From the NCBI GenBank assembly GCA_902635665.1, contig CACPOX010000004.1:5616-69615 (forward strand): a stretch of 64,000 bases of DNA, given 5' to 3'. The DNA comes from an uncultured Pelagibacteraceae bacterium. GTDB taxonomy: Bacteria; Pseudomonadota; Alphaproteobacteria; Pelagibacterales; Pelagibacteraceae. Shown here piece after piece: positions 50,468 to 62,069 of the stretch. The position numbers and the translations under genes are program-made. Within the stretch, counting starts at the first letter, position 1; every line of letters starts with the position of its first letter. The notes under the pieces are model-generated. The model made no database searches, had not been told where the DNA came from, and saw only the letters and a list, made by a program, of their open reading frames with translations.

Positions 50468-52339
50468 ATGAAAAATGATTTGTCATTTGATGTAGTTGTA
50501 ATTGGAGGAGGCCATGCTGGATGTGAAGCTGCAGCAGCTTCTGCTCGTCTTGGAGTGAACACTGCCCTATTTACTCATAAAATAGAAACTATCGGTGAGA
50601 TGTCATGTAACCCGGCAATAGGCGGTTTGGGTAAAGGGCATTTAGTTAGAGAAATAGATGCTCTAGATGGTGTTATGGGAGAAATAGCAGACAAATCAGG
50701 AATACAATTCAGATTGTTAAATAGAAGTAGGGGCCCAGCAGTCAGAGGGCCTAGAACTCAATCAGATAGGTCTCTTTATCGTAAATATATGCAAGAAAAA
50801 TTGCTAAACTATTGTAATTTAAGCGTTTTTTCAGATCCAGTAGTAAAGTTTATATTCGATAATAATTCGATAAGTGGATTTGAAACTAAAGAAGGTAAGA
50901 AAGTTCTATCTGAAAAGATAATACTCACAACAGGCACTTTTTTAAATGGTTTGATACATATAGGAGATGAAAGAACTCCTGCTGGTAGATACGATGAAAA
51001 ACCTTCTACAGGTTTGAGTGAACAATTAGCTAAATATGATTTTAAAATTGGAAGATTAAAAACTGGTACACCACCAAGGTTGGATGCAAGAACAATTAAT
51101 TTCGAAAACTTAGAAGAACAATTTGCAGATGACGATCCTTATTTTTTTTCATTCTTAACAAAAAAAAATTTGAACAAACAAGTCTCATGTCGAATGACAT
51201 ATACAAATGACAAGGTTCATAAAATTATAGAAAAGAATTTATCTAAGAGTGCTATGTACTCAGGCAGTATAAAAGGAGTAGGTCCAAGATATTGTCCATC
51301 TATAGAGGATAAGATAGTAAAATTTTCAGATAAAGCTCGCCACCAGATATTTTTAGAACCAGAAGGCCTAAATGATCACACAATTTACCCCAATGGTATC
51401 TCCACATCACTTCCAACCAATGTCCAACAAGAAATATGTAATAATATCAATGGTTTAGAGAATGTAAATATATTAAGACCAGGATATGCAATAGAATATG
51501 ACTATATAGATCCACGTGAACTATTTTTAACCCTCGAAACTAAGAAGATAAACAATCTTTATCTTGCCGGTCAGATTAATGGAACAACAGGATATGAGGA
51601 AGCTGCCGCACAAGGTCTTATAGCGGGAATAAATGCTGCCTTGTCTGTTAAAAAATTAGAACCATTCATACTTGATAGATCTGACGCCTATATAGGAGTA
51701 ATGATCGACGATTTGGTGACTAAAGGAGTAGCTGAGCCATACCGAATGTTTACATCAAGAGCAGAATATCGATTGAGCTTGAGATCTGATAATGCTGATC
51801 AAAGGTTAACTGCTAAGGGCATAGAAATTGGTTTAATTGGTGATGAGAGAAAAGAGCTATATTTGAATAAATTTGAACAAATCAATCAAATAAACATCAA
51901 AATGCGTGAATCCAAGATTTCACCATCTAAAGCTGAGCAATTTGGAATAAAAATAGCAAAAGACGGCATATTTAGATCATCTAATGAAGTATTAACTCAA
52001 AAAGGTGTAAATATGAGTAAAATCAGGGAAATATGGTCAGATATACCTTTTTTTAGTAAAGAAATTGATGAACAGGTAGAAATAAATGCTCATTATATGG
52101 GGTATTTAAAAAAGCAAAAAGCTGATATTTTAGCATTTAAAAGGGATGAAAATCTCATTATCCCTGATAAAATTAATTATGATGGACTTTCAGGTTTGTC
52201 CAATGAGGTAAAAGCAAAATTTAAGCAAATAAAGCCAAAAACAATGGGTCAAGCTTTAAGAATTGATGGAATTACTCCAGCAGCTGTTTATATTTTGTTG
52301 TCACATGTCAAAAGAAAGTCTATTAAGCATATAGCTTAA
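50468..52339 (+). CDS. mnmG: tRNA uridine-5-carboxymethylaminomethyl synthesis enzyme MnmG (GidA)
   Basis: [29 protein letters not shown] and [13 protein letters not shown] motifs. Confidence 0.97.
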   Translation: MKNDLSFDVVVIGGGHAGCEAAAASARLGVNTALFTHKIETIGEMSCNPAIGGLGKGHLVREIDALDGVMGEIADKSGIQFRLLNRSRGPAVRGPRTQSDRSLYRKYMQEKLLNYCNLSVFSDPVVKFIFDNNSISGFETKEGKKVLSEKIILTTGTFLNGLIHIGDERTPAGRYDEKPSTGLSEQLAKYDFKIGRLKTGTPPRLDARTINFENLEEQFADDDPYFFSFLTKKNLNKQVSCRMTYTNDKVHKIIEKNLSKSAMYSGSIKGVGPRYCPSIEDKIVKFSDKARHQIFLEPEGLNDHTIYPNGISTSLPTNVQQEICNNINGLENVNILRPGYAIEYDYIDPRELFLTLETKKINNLYLAGQINGTTGYEEAAAQGLIAGINAALSVKKLEPFILDRSDAYIGVMIDDLVTKGVAEPYRMFTSRAEYRLSLRSDNADQRLTAKGIEIGLIGDERKELYLNKFEQINQINIKMRESKISPSKAEQFGIKIAKDGIFRSSNEVLTQKGVNMSKIREIWSDIPFFSKEIDEQVEINAHYMGYLKKQKADILAFKRDENLIIPDKINYDGLSGLSNEVKAKFKQIKPKTMGQALRIDGITPAAVYILLSHVKRKSIKHIA

Positions 52340-52983
52340 TGGATCAGAAAATTTTAAATTCTTATTCTAGAATCAATCACTTAAATGTTTCACGTGAAAC
52401 ATTTTTGGACTTTGAAAACTATATATCCATGATTCTTGAAAAAAATAAAAAAATCAACATAATTGGTCAAAATACAGCATCAAAAAAGTCTATAATTGAC
52501 CGCCATATTATTGATTCAGCACAAATAATTGATTTTATTGATTTTAATTCAAATACAACCACAGATTTAGGTTCAGGAGGAGGTATGCCAGGCATAATAG
52601 TGGCGATCATACTGAAAAACATGAGGAATAGTATGAATGTGCATCTTTATGAAAAAAGCTATCATAAAAGCCATTTTTTAAAAGAAGTTTCAGAAAAATT
52701 AAATTTAAACACTAAAATTTTTCAAAAAAATATATTTGAAATAAAAAATTTAGAAACAGGAACAATAATGTCAAGAGCATTCAAACCAATGCCGATTGTT
52801 TTGGATTTAGTCTACGAAAATTTTTCACAATTTAAGAACATAATTTTCTTTATGGGAAAGAGTGGAAAAAAAGTTTTTGAAAATTCCAAAAAAGAATGGG
52901 AAATGGAGTATACAGAAAAAAAAAGTTTAACAAATGATGTTTCGTTTTTGATAAATATTAAAAAAATTAAAAAAAAAAATTAG
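52339..52983 (+). CDS. rsmG: 16S rRNA m7G527 methyltransferase RsmG (GidB)
   Basis: RHIIDS, DLGSGGGMPG and SRAF motifs; position after mnmG. Confidence 0.9.
   Translation: MDQKILNSYSRINHLNVSRETFLDFENYISMILEKNKKINIIGQNTASKKSIIDRHIIDSAQIIDFIDFNSNTTTDLGSGGGMPGIIVAIILKNMRNSMNVHLYEKSYHKSHFLKEVSEKLNLNTKIFQKNIFEIKNLETGTIMSRAFKPMPIVLDLVYENFSQFKNIIFFMGKSGKKVFENSKKEWEMEYTEKKSLTNDVSFLINIKKIKKKN
52386..52401. promoter_or_regulatory. parS centromere-like site (ParB loading site)
   Basis: Perfect consensus palindrome TGTTTCACGTGAAACA inside rsmG, about 600 bp upstream of parA. Confidence 0.93.
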
Positions 52984-53004
52984 AAGAATTGTAAAAAAAA
53001 TTAA

Positions 53005-53799
53005 ATGCAAATTATTTCTATAATAAATCAAAAGGGTGGGGTGGGAAAAACAACTACGGTAATAAATCTTGCAGCTGGATTATCTCAACTTAACAAAAAA
53101 ATTTTAGTAATAGACCTGGATCCACAAGGAAATGCAACAACAGGCCTTGGTTTGTCTAATATGGATAACTCAAGTGATACTATTTATGGTGTACTTAATG
53201 GAACCAAAGAAATTAGTGAGGTAATTAAAAAAACCAAGTTCGAGAATTTAGATATCATTACATCCAATGTAGATTTATCAGGATTGGAAGTAGAAACAGC
53301 TGATGATAGTAATAGAGCTTTCATATTAAAGACTAAATTAGCCTCATATTTAAACAATTCTGGAGGGTCCTATGATTATGTATTAATTGATTGTCCACCA
53401 TCATTGAGCTTATTGACTGTAATGGCCCTTGTTTGTTCAAACTCACTTTTAGTTCCTCTTCAGACCGAATTTTTTGCTTTGGAGGGTTTAACTCAGCTAA
53501 TGAAAACAATTGAAAGAATAAAAGTAAGTTTGAATCCTGATTTAAATATCCGGGGCATACTTTTAACAATGTATGATAAAAGAAATAAGCTATCATCACA
53601 AGTTGAGAAAGAGGCAAGAGATTATTTTAGTGAAAAGGTATACACAACTGTGATACCAAGGAATGTTAGATTATCAGAAGCTCCATCACATGGAATGCCA
53701 GTTCTAATTTATGACAAGACTTGTCCTGGTAGTAAATCATATTTTAGTTTTACTGATGAGTTCATGAGTCAAGAGACAACAATGGGAAGTGCTGCTTAA
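53005..53799 (+). CDS. parA: chromosome partitioning ATPase ParA
   Basis: NQKGGVGKTTT, DLDPQGN, IDCPPS and PRNVRLSEAPSHG motifs. Confidence 0.96.
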   Translation: MQIISIINQKGGVGKTTTVINLAAGLSQLNKKILVIDLDPQGNATTGLGLSNMDNSSDTIYGVLNGTKEISEVIKKTKFENLDIITSNVDLSGLEVETADDSNRAFILKTKLASYLNNSGGSYDYVLIDCPPSLSLLTVMALVCSNSLLVPLQTEFFALEGLTQLMKTIERIKVSLNPDLNIRGILLTMYDKRNKLSSQVEKEARDYFSEKVYTTVIPRNVRLSEAPSHGMPVLIYDKTCPGSKSYFSFTDEFMSQETTMGSAA

Positions 53800-54641
53800 T
53801 GGATAAAATCAAAAAAGGATTAGGTCGAGGATTGTCTTCACTTATTGGGGAAACAAAAGCAGAGACTCAAAAAAATCAATTGCCAATTAGTGATTTAGTA
53901 CCAAATAAATATCAACCAAGAAAAAATTTTGATAAGGCAAGTTTAGAAGATCTAACAAATTCTATTAAAGAAAGAGGAATGATACAGCCCATCATAGTCA
54001 GATTGTCAAATGACGATAAATCAAAATATGAGATAATTGCAGGAGAGAGAAGATGGTTAGCAGCTCAAAGTGCAGGTTTACACAATGTGCCCGTGGTCGT
54101 CACTGAGGCTGATGATTTAAAATCTTTAGAATTTGCAATCGTAGAAAATGTTCAAAGAAATGATCTAAATCCACTCGAAGAAGCACAAGGTTATAAACGT
54201 CTTATTGATGAATTTTCTTATGATCAAGAAAAAGTTTCTAAATTTATAGGAAAGAGCAGGAGTTACATAACCAATTCATTAAGAATTCTAACTTTGCCAG
54301 AAGACGTTATAAGATTAATTGAAACTCGAAAGCTAACTACTGGTCATGCTAAAATTTTGGTTGGTCTAGAGAACGCTAGTTTTGTAGCAAGTAAAATTAT
54401 AGAAAAAAAACTCTCTGTAAGACAGGCCGAAAATTTCGTTTTATTATTTAAAAAAAAGAAACATAGATCAAAAAATACAAAAGATACAAATATAATTGCA
54501 CTTGAATTATCTATATCTAATAAAATAGGTTTAAACGTTGATATACAAAATAATAATAGAAACAAAGGTAAAATTTCTTTTGAGTACAGAGATTTGGAAC
54601 AATTAAATAAAATAATAGATATAATTAAATCTAATTATTAG
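53799..54641 (+). CDS. parB: chromosome partitioning protein ParB
   Basis: GLGRGL, QPRK.F, IIAGERRW and ENVQR.DL motifs, HTH. Confidence 0.96.
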   Translation: MDKIKKGLGRGLSSLIGETKAETQKNQLPISDLVPNKYQPRKNFDKASLEDLTNSIKERGMIQPIIVRLSNDDKSKYEIIAGERRWLAAQSAGLHNVPVVVTEADDLKSLEFAIVENVQRNDLNPLEEAQGYKRLIDEFSYDQEKVSKFIGKSRSYITNSLRILTLPEDVIRLIETRKLTTGHAKILVGLENASFVASKIIEKKLSVRQAENFVLLFKKKKHRSKNTKDTNIIALELSISNKIGLNVDIQNNNRNKGKISFEYRDLEQLNKIIDIIKSNY

Positions 54642-55623
54642 TGTTTCTTGAGGATTGTTCTAATATAAAATTTGTAACTAAATTAATTGAATTATTTATG
54701 TTTTTCTTAACGACAAATTCAATTTCATTTAATTTATAAATTAAACTTTTAATATTCTTTGGTTTCCAGATAGTAATTTGTTTTTTAGTGATTTCTTTTT
54801 CTTTCCAAAATATGGGAGGCTTTGCTTCATTTAATGTTTTCTCTAAATTATTATTTTTTTGTAATTCTTGTGACAATATTAATATTCTTTTTAACTTATT
54901 GATAAAAATCTTTATAATTAAAATACAATCTTCATTGTTAAAATTGTTTTCATTTAAAATATAGATGGTCTTTTTTTTATTTTGAGCCAAACAATTATCC
55001 ACAAGTTCATTAATACTAAAATTTTCTATTAGATTTGTGATTTTTAAAATAACTTCAGAAGTGATTTTTTTACTTTTAGAGTAAAACTCAATTTTTAATA
55101 ATTCGTTTTTTAATATACCTCTATCGCCATTAGATCTATTTACGATTAAATTTATATTTGATTGTGAAATTATTATGTTTTTATTTTTTAAATACTTATC
55201 AGCAATTTTACATAGCATTTCTTGTGTATCTGGATAAAAAGCTACACTTATTAATTCTTTATTTTTTTCGAAAAAATTTCTAAGTTTTGATTTTTTTTCT
55301 AAGTTATCTGTATTAATTATAATTAGAATATTTAAATCATTTTTATTTAATATTTCTTCAAAAATTTTAACTATTTTATCTGTCGCTTGGCTAATAATTA
55401 TTATTTTTTCATTCTCAAAAAGTGAACCAGAAAAAATATTATTCAAAAAATTTTCAGTATTTGTCAGAATATATTTCTCATCATATTTTAATACACTTAA
55501 ATTTTTATTTATTGAAATAAGCCAATCTATCTCTTCTTTTTTTGCCCCATCATTTTTACCATGAAATAAAAAGTAATTGTATTTTGAATATAAATTTCTG
55601 ATTTCATAAGTTTTTTTTATCAT
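54631..55623 (-). CDS. holA: DNA polymerase III delta subunit
   Basis: FLFHG, SLF, LEKKSKLR and PPIFWK motifs; leuS-lptE-holA synteny. Confidence 0.85.
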   Translation of the reverse strand: MIKKTYEIRNLYSKYNYFLFHGKNDGAKKEEIDWLISINKNLSVLKYDEKYILTNTENFLNNIFSGSLFENEKIIIISQATDKIVKIFEEILNKNDLNILIIINTDNLEKKSKLRNFFEKNKELISVAFYPDTQEMLCKIADKYLKNKNIIISQSNINLIVNRSNGDRGILKNELLKIEFYSKSKKITSEVILKITNLIENFSINELVDNCLAQNKKKTIYILNENNFNNEDCILIIKIFINKLKRILILSQELQKNNNLEKTLNEAKPPIFWKEKEITKKQITIWKPKNIKSLIYKLNEIEFVVKKNINNSINLVTNFILEQSSRNTNN

Positions 55624-56072
55624 TTTAAGTTTTTAACTCTTAAATTCAATTTACTTATAATAGTTTTTGCTAAATTTCTTTTAATCATCGCCTCATAATT
55701 ATTTTGTTCGTAGTTATTGTTTAGATTTTTATATCTAAATTTTTCACTTATAATAAAAGATTGTAATTTATTACCCTTTTTTATCTCAAAGTTTCCTACA
55801 ACTTTCAATTCATAATCTGTAGCAAAACTTTTGGTATCTTTTGCTAAAATTCTTTTTGTAAAATTAGTGTTAACAATTACATCCACTTTTTCAGAAGAAT
55901 TTTTAGATTTTCTTTTTAATTCTTTTAGTAGATAATTATTTATCTCACTGTCTCCAGTTATTTTTATGACTTTAATTTCAATATTATTTTCTTTAGCTAA
56001 ATGTACTGGTGAATAATCACAACCTGAAATAAAATTTATTAAAATAATCAATAAAATAATTTTCTTTAACAT
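55620..56072 (-). CDS. lptE: LptE-like lipoprotein
   Basis: Lipobox ISGC followed by DYSP; lies between leuS and holA. Confidence 0.7.
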   Translation of the reverse strand: MLKKIILLIILINFISGCDYSPVHLAKENNIEIKVIKITGDSEINNYLLKELKRKSKNSSEKVDVIVNTNFTKRILAKDTKSFATDYELKVVGNFEIKKGNKLQSFIISEKFRYKNLNNNYEQNNYEAMIKRNLAKTIISKLNLRVKNLK

Positions 56073-58610
56073 TTAAATAATAATATTCATTAATTTATTG
56101 GGTACAAAAATTTTTTTCTTTATTTCTTTTTCATTTAAATATTTTTTTAAATTATTATCTTTATAAATTAAATTTAATATTTCATTTTCTGTTTGGTCAA
56201 TCTTAATTTCTATCAATCCTCTTTTTTTCCCATTTATTTGTATCACAAATGGTTTTGTGTCCTCTTTTAGTAAATCCTCTTTATATTTGGGCCAAATTAA
56301 CTCATCCAAACAATTTATATTTTTTAATGCTTCATTAGCAAAATGTGGAATTATTGGGTTAAGTGTAATTAATATTTTTTTGTAATTTTCTAACAATGTA
56401 TCTTTCTTGTATTCATTATTAATTTCATTATTAATAAATGTGTGTAGTTCATGAATATTAGCAATAATTATATTGTAGTTAAAGTTGTCTAAGTTATATG
56501 TAATTTTTTTTATAAATTTATTTGTATACTTCAATAATTTTTCACTAGAGTCATTTTTATGATGTTTTTCTATTTGGTTAATTACTTTTAAATGCATATT
56601 CCACAATTTTTGAATAAATTTAAAGGCAGAAATAATACCTTCCTCTGACCACTGAATATCTTTTTCAGGTGGGCTATCTGATAATATAAATAGCCTAACC
56701 GAGTCTGCCCCGTAATCTCTAATGATATTCTCTGGATCTATGACATTTTTTTTTGATTTTGACATAGACTCAGATGCTCCAACTTTAACTTTTATAGATA
56801 AATTTTTCTTTAAGTATTTTTGACCATCTTTTGTTTCTACTTCATCTGGACTAACCCAATTGTCATTTTCATCCTTGTAAGTTTCGTGGCACACCATTCC
56901 TTGCGTGAAAAGTCCATTAAATGGTTCTCTTATATCAAAACTATTATCCTCATATGATAATGCCTGCATAAAAAATCTTGAATATAATAAGTGTAAGATT
57001 GCATGTTCAACACCACCAATATATTGGTCAACAGGCATCCAATATTTTATTTCCTCTGAATTGAAACCATTCAATTTATTTTGTGGAGAACAAAATCTTA
57101 GAAAATACCATGATGAGTCAACAAATGTGTCTAATGTATCAGTCTCTCGATAAAATTTTTTTCCATTAATTGAGATAAATTTCCATTCAGTTATTTTATC
57201 TAAAGGATTTCCAGAGTTTTCTAACTTATCAATAGATGGAAGTTTAACTGGTAATAATTCTTTAGGCACTTTATGTGGTTTGTGATGTTCATCATATATT
57301 ATAGGTATTGGACAACCCCAATATCTTTGTCTTGAAACACCCCAATCTTTTAGTCTAAAATTTATTTTTTTTGTACCTAGCTTTTTATTCTCAAGGTGTT
57401 CAATTGTTTTTATAATAGATTCTTCAGGAACTTTTAAACCATCTAAAAAAAATGAATTACACAAATACCCAGAGCCAGTATATGCTTCTTTTTCAACTTT
57501 AAAATTTTTATTATTTTTTTCTGGAGTTACCACTGTTTTAATTGGTAAATTATATTTATTCGCAAAATCTAAATCTCTTTGATCGTGAGCAGGACATCCA
57601 AAAACTGCACCCAAGCCATAGTCCATCAGAACAAAGTTAGCAAAATAAACGGGAACTTTAATATTTTTATCTAGAGGATTGATCGCAATTAGATCTGTTT
57701 TAAAACCAATTTTTTCAGCATTTGCAATAGATTCCTCTGTAGTACCTGTTACAGAACATTTTTTTTTGAAATCTCTAAAGGATGGATCTTTCTCATATAA
57801 TTTTGATATAGGATGGTCTACAGATAATGCAATAAATGACATTCCAAACAATGTGTCTGGTCTTGTTGTAAAACATCTAATTTCTTTGACTTTTTCATTG
57901 GGCTCAATTTCAAATTTTATTTCAGAGCCAAATGATTTTCCTATCCAGTTTTTTTGCATTACTTTCACTTTATTAGGCCATTCGTTTAATGTTTCTAAAC
58001 TTTCTAATAATTCGTTTGCAAATTTTGTGATATTAAAGAACCATTGATTAAGTTTTTTTCGTTCAACTGTTGCCCCAGAACGCCACCCCTTTCCGTCTAT
58101 AACTTGCTCATTTGCCAATACAGTTTCATCAACAGGATCCCAATTTACATATTGTTCTTTTCTATAAACTAATCCCTTGTCATAAAGTTCTAAGAAAAAT
58201 TGCTGTTGGTGCTTGTAATACTCTGGAGTACAGGTAGATATCTCTCTGTCCCAATCTATAGATAATCCAAGTTGTTTAAGTTGACTCTTCATATTTTTAA
58301 TGTTTGACTCAGTCCATGTTTTTGGGTCTAAGTTATTCAGTCTAGCAGCATTTTCGGCAGGCATTCCAAAAGAGTCCCATCCCATAGGATGTAAAACGTT
58401 ATATCCTTGAAGTGATTTGTATCTAGCTAGAACATCTCCAATTGTATAATTACGAACATGTCCCATATGAATTTTTCCAGAAGGATAGGGAAACATTTCA
58501 AGGCAATAAAATTTTTTTTTATTTTTATCGACAATACTTTTAAATGTCTTATTCTTATCCCAAAAATCTTGCCAGTATTTTTCTACTTTTTTAAAATTGT
58601 ATCTTTCCAC
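56073..58610 (-). CDS. leuS: leucine--tRNA ligase
   Basis: MFPYPSG.IHMGH, SRQRYWG, GGVEHA and MSKS motifs. Confidence 0.97.
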   Translation of the reverse strand: MERYNFKKVEKYWQDFWDKNKTFKSIVDKNKKKFYCLEMFPYPSGKIHMGHVRNYTIGDVLARYKSLQGYNVLHPMGWDSFGMPAENAARLNNLDPKTWTESNIKNMKSQLKQLGLSIDWDREISTCTPEYYKHQQQFFLELYDKGLVYRKEQYVNWDPVDETVLANEQVIDGKGWRSGATVERKKLNQWFFNITKFANELLESLETLNEWPNKVKVMQKNWIGKSFGSEIKFEIEPNEKVKEIRCFTTRPDTLFGMSFIALSVDHPISKLYEKDPSFRDFKKKCSVTGTTEESIANAEKIGFKTDLIAINPLDKNIKVPVYFANFVLMDYGLGAVFGCPAHDQRDLDFANKYNLPIKTVVTPEKNNKNFKVEKEAYTGSGYLCNSFFLDGLKVPEESIIKTIEHLENKKLGTKKINFRLKDWGVSRQRYWGCPIPIIYDEHHKPHKVPKELLPVKLPSIDKLENSGNPLDKITEWKFISINGKKFYRETDTLDTFVDSSWYFLRFCSPQNKLNGFNSEEIKYWMPVDQYIGGVEHAILHLLYSRFFMQALSYEDNSFDIREPFNGLFTQGMVCHETYKDENDNWVSPDEVETKDGQKYLKKNLSIKVKVGASESMSKSKKNVIDPENIIRDYGADSVRLFILSDSPPEKDIQWSEEGIISAFKFIQKLWNMHLKVINQIEKHHKNDSSEKLLKYTNKFIKKITYNLDNFNYNIIIANIHELHTFINNEINNEYKKDTLLENYKKILITLNPIIPHFANEALKNINCLDELIWPKYKEDLLKEDTKPFVIQINGKKRGLIEIKIDQTENEILNLIYKDNNLKKYLNEKEIKKKIFVPNKLMNIII

Positions 58611-58627
58611 TTTATTTTTAAGTAAAG

Positions 58628-59188
58628 CTACTCTTTAGGAGTTATGACTTTGTAAGGTTTAAAATTTTTATCTTTACTAGATTTTTCATAAATCGCAGCT
58701 TGCTTTAAGATTTCCTTTTTTAACTCATTAACTAATTGTCCTGTTTTTTCTGTTACAGAGCAGTTATTTACACTTTTACAAATTTTATAAAAAATTTTTA
58801 AATCTATTGCATCAGATCTAATTTCGTTTGTTAGAAATCTAATGGTAATTTTAAGGCTTTCGTTAGAATTAAAATCATCTGAATACCAATCGGTAACTAT
58901 AATACCGCCACTATAATTTGCAGTTGCTAGTGGCATGAAATCTATTACATCTAATGAGGCTCTCCATAATTCATTTGAGCTTGCAAAATCAAAATCTCCA
59001 CCACCTTTACCAATGCCTTTTAATTTTGTAGAAAGTCTAAAGCCTTTTCCTTCTTCAAGGTTTTTTTTTACTCTTTCCTTGGGGTCTGGAGGAAATTTCT
59101 TTGCATCAACTTGTTTTCCGCAAGAATTTAATAAGAATATTGAAATGATAAAAATCAATGTACATTTAAGAAGATAATTAATTTTCAT
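58628..59188 (-). CDS. DUF3576-like lipoprotein
   Basis: Lipobox LNSC; [14 protein letters not shown]...GGIIVTDWY motif. Confidence 0.8.
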   Translation of the reverse strand: MKINYLLKCTLIFIISIFLLNSCGKQVDAKKFPPDPKERVKKNLEEGKGFRLSTKLKGIGKGGGDFDFASSNELWRASLDVIDFMPLATANYSGGIIVTDWYSDDFNSNESLKITIRFLTNEIRSDAIDLKIFYKICKSVNNCSVTEKTGQLVNELKKEILKQAAIYEKSSKDKNFKPYKVITPKE

Positions 59189-59389
59189 AGGTTGTTTTTA
59201 AAGCAAATTATTGGTTTTTATATAAAATATTTAAAAAATGGCAAAAAATATAGGATAATTAGTATTGTAAAAATGCAACACTTTTCAAGATTATTCTATT
59301 TCATTCAAAAACTTAACAGTCATTTTTTTAAAAAATGCTAATTTGCTCATGTTTATTAATATTAATAACACAACAATTAAGGAGTTATA

Positions 59390-60334
59390 ATGAACAAAAT
59401 GAAAAAAGTAGGTTTGACAGCTTTAGCTGCATCTCTTGTTTCAGTATCTGCACAAGCTGTAGATATTTCAGGTGGTTCGTCTATATCATACAATGGTGGT
59501 AACGGCGGAGTACAAGGTAACCCATGGGCAATGAACGACAGCTTAACGTTCACATGGGGTGGAGAACTTGACAACGGTATGACTGTTGACATGAGTTTCT
59601 TACTTGATAACAGTGATGGTGCTGCTTCTCAAATCTTTGACAACAGATCATTAGCAATCGGTATGGGTGCTGGTGGAACATTAACTTTCTGGGGCCAATC
59701 TGGTTCTGGTGTAGTTGGTTCTTTCGACGACAAAATGCCGACAGCTTACGAAGAGTCATGGTATTCAGCTGATTCACCTAACCAAGGTCACAGCGCGTCT
59801 AACATGTTCTACTACACAAATTCATTAGATGCTGTAACATTGCATGCTTCATTAGTACCTGCTGGTGCTGGTGATGATGCTTCAGCAGAATTTGGTGCTG
59901 TAGTAACTGCGATCGATGGTTTAGAGCTTGGTTTCGCTACTGGTGATGACAATGCTACTAAAGATATAAATACTGTTGTAAGTAACACAATTATGTACGC
60001 TAAGTACACAATGGGTGCTGCTACATTTGGTATCCAACAAAACGAAGCTGATTCTGAAGCTGCAAATTCAGATGAAGACTTTACAGCTTGGGGTGTTTCA
60101 TACGCTGTAAATGAAGATCTAAGTATATCTTATGGTCAATCAAGATTAGCATACGAAGCTGTTGGAACTGATGACCAAGAGTCAACTGGAATTAGTGCAT
60201 CTTACACTATGGGTTCTATGACGCTTGCTGGTACAGTAAATGATATCTCTAACGAGGGATCAGCAACTACAGGTGCTAACAACACAAACAAAAATAACGA
60301 AACATTCGAAATTAATCTTTCGTTTGCTTTCTAA
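59390..60334 (+). CDS. outer-membrane porin
   Basis: Signal peptide, GELDNG motif, alternating beta-strand pattern, terminal Phe; strong AAGGAG RBS and codon usage typical of a highly expressed gene. Confidence 0.88.
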   Translation: MNKMKKVGLTALAASLVSVSAQAVDISGGSSISYNGGNGGVQGNPWAMNDSLTFTWGGELDNGMTVDMSFLLDNSDGAASQIFDNRSLAIGMGAGGTLTFWGQSGSGVVGSFDDKMPTAYEESWYSADSPNQGHSASNMFYYTNSLDAVTLHASLVPAGAGDDASAEFGAVVTAIDGLELGFATGDDNATKDINTVVSNTIMYAKYTMGAATFGIQQNEADSEAANSDEDFTAWGVSYAVNEDLSISYGQSRLAYEAVGTDDQESTGISASYTMGSMTLAGTVNDISNEGSATTGANNTNKNNETFEINLSFAF

Positions 60335-60354
60335 TTTAGTTTAGAAAATAATTT

Positions 60355-60384
60355 AAAAGGGCCCCTTTTTGGGGCCTTTTTTTT
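60355..60384. terminator. intrinsic (probably bidirectional) terminator after the porin gene
   Basis: aaaagggcccc-ttttt-ggggcctttttttt hairpin between convergent genes. Confidence 0.85.
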
Positions 60385-60913
60385 ATTCAAAATAAGATAT
60401 TCCTGCAAATTCGAAATTATTTAAAAGCCTAAGTTTAATTACATTTTTTTTGGATATACCACCTAAGGCAACTACTTTAATCTTTGTTAAATTAGAAATA
60501 ATTTTAAATTTATTAATTCCTAAGTAGTTTTTATTTTTTTTGAATAAGGATGATATGAAAATTTTATTTACATTTTGAATTTCTTTTATTTTAATTTGCT
60601 TAATATTATGAGCTGACCCAATTATTTTAAATTTTTTTTTTAATGAAAAAGCCAGGTGTTCTGTAGATTTATTAAATGAAGGAATATAAGCCCCATCCAA
60701 ATCTAACTTTATTGCAACCTTGATATGATTAGATAAATAAAATTTAATCTTTTTTTTCTTACAATATTTTTTTATTTTAAGGATAAGATTTTCATCCAGT
60801 GGTTTTGAGCTATAATTTCTATAAATAACAATAGTTTGATTGTCTAATCTATCAATATTATTTGTTTCAAATTTATTTATAAAGTAATATTTATTAATCA
60901 TATTTGTATGCAC
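60383..60913 (-). CDS. thiamine-phosphate synthase (ThiE/TenI)-like protein
   Basis: IYRNY, GSAHN, ISSLF and ALGGI motifs; start is either GTG 60913 or ATG 60901. Confidence 0.75.
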   Translation of the reverse strand: MHTNMINKYYFINKFETNNIDRLDNQTIVIYRNYSSKPLDENLILKIKKYCKKKKIKFYLSNHIKVAIKLDLDGAYIPSFNKSTEHLAFSLKKKFKIIGSAHNIKQIKIKEIQNVNKIFISSLFKKNKNYLGINKFKIISNLTKIKVVALGGISKKNVIKLRLLNNFEFAGISYFE

Positions 60914-61567
60914 ATTACTGTAAAAAATTTATTAGACATTGAAAATAGAATTAAAGTTCATTTAAATGAGACAAATATAAATAATTACCCAAAAATTATA
61001 GCAGTTTCAAAAACATTTGAAATCGATAAAATTTCACCACTTATAGAATATGGTCACACTGATTTTGGAGAAAATAAAGTCCAGGAAGCAGTCGAAAAAT
61101 GGACAGATATTAAAAAAAAAAACTCAGAAATTAAATTACATATGATTGGAAAGTTGCAAACCAACAAAGTTAAATTTGCAGTAAAATTATTTGACTATAT
61201 TCATTCTGTTGATAATGAAAAACTTGCAAGGAAAATTGCAGATGAACAAAATAAAATAAATAAAAAAATTAAAATATTTTTACAGATTAATATCGGCGAA
61301 GAAAATCAAAAATCAGGAATCAATAAAAAAGATATCACACGTAACGTTTCTTACTGTAAGGAAATTGGTTTAAATTTAATAGGCTTGATGTGTATTCCTC
61401 CAGCAAATGTAAACCCTGAAGATTATTTTGATGAGATGAAAAAACTAAATAAAGCTTACGGTTTTAACGAATTAAGCATGGGTATGTCCTCTGATTTTTT
61501 AACAGCAGCTAAAAACCAATCAACATATCTTAGAATTGGATCTAGTATTTTTGGTCAAAGATCTTAA
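60908..61567 (+). CDS. yggS: PLP homeostasis protein YggS/PLPBP
   Basis: AVSK, FGENKVQE, HMIGKLQTNK, LSMGMSSD and RIGSSIFG motifs. Confidence 0.95.
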   Translation: MHITVKNLLDIENRIKVHLNETNINNYPKIIAVSKTFEIDKISPLIEYGHTDFGENKVQEAVEKWTDIKKKNSEIKLHMIGKLQTNKVKFAVKLFDYIHSVDNEKLARKIADEQNKINKKIKIFLQINIGEENQKSGINKKDITRNVSYCKEIGLNLIGLMCIPPANVNPEDYFDEMKKLNKAYGFNELSMGMSSDFLTAAKNQSTYLRIGSSIFGQRS

Positions 61568-62058
61568 AAAATTTTTATAGTTGAATTTTTTTTAATTAAT
61601 TTAAGCATAATCATAAAATCTTTTTCCTTTAAAGCAACACATCCTGCTGTAGGTTTGTAATCCTTTGTTAAGTGAATAAAAATACAACTTCCTTGACCAA
61701 TAATAGGTTTTTTAAAGTTGTATTTAATTGGAATTAATAAATCATATTTGTGATCTTTTCTTTTTAATTTTTCATGTTTTATTTTTTTTTCAATTTTAAT
61801 AAATTTGTTATATTTTTTTGGAAAACGAATATCATTACACCAACCCATATTTTTTTTGATTTGTATGCATTTTAGCATTGTTAAAGGTTTTTCCATACGA
61901 TCTTTTCTAAAATAAAGATGTTCAATTTTAAAAGTTCCTCTAGGTGTTTTGTTATCTCCCTCTTTTTTCTTTTTTGTTGATCCTTTTTTCCCAATACAAC
62001 ACTTAAATTTAAACTCATCTATGTGAAGAGTGTATTTATTTTTTACAAAAATTGTCAT
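61564..62058 (-). CDS. L,D-transpeptidase (YkuD-like) family protein
   Basis: KKEGD.KTP.G and GSCIFIH...PTAGCVAL (His/Cys) motifs; start revised to ATG 62058. Confidence 0.85.
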   Translation of the reverse strand: MTIFVKNKYTLHIDEFKFKCCIGKKGSTKKKKEGDNKTPRGTFKIEHLYFRKDRMEKPLTMLKCIQIKKNMGWCNDIRFPKKYNKFIKIEKKIKHEKLKRKDHKYDLLIPIKYNFKKPIIGQGSCIFIHLTKDYKPTAGCVALKEKDFMIMLKLIKKNSTIKIF

Positions 62059-62069
62059 ATTCTCTTTTT

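Noticed and set aside
54995-55003. Perfect DnaA box TTATCCACA inside holA
   Set aside because: Single isolated match in coding sequence, expected by chance in AT-rich DNA
59390-60334. Higher GC of the porin (and actP) gene as a sign of horizontal transfer
   Set aside because: Explained by Gly/Ala-rich composition and high-expression codon usage; no mobility features
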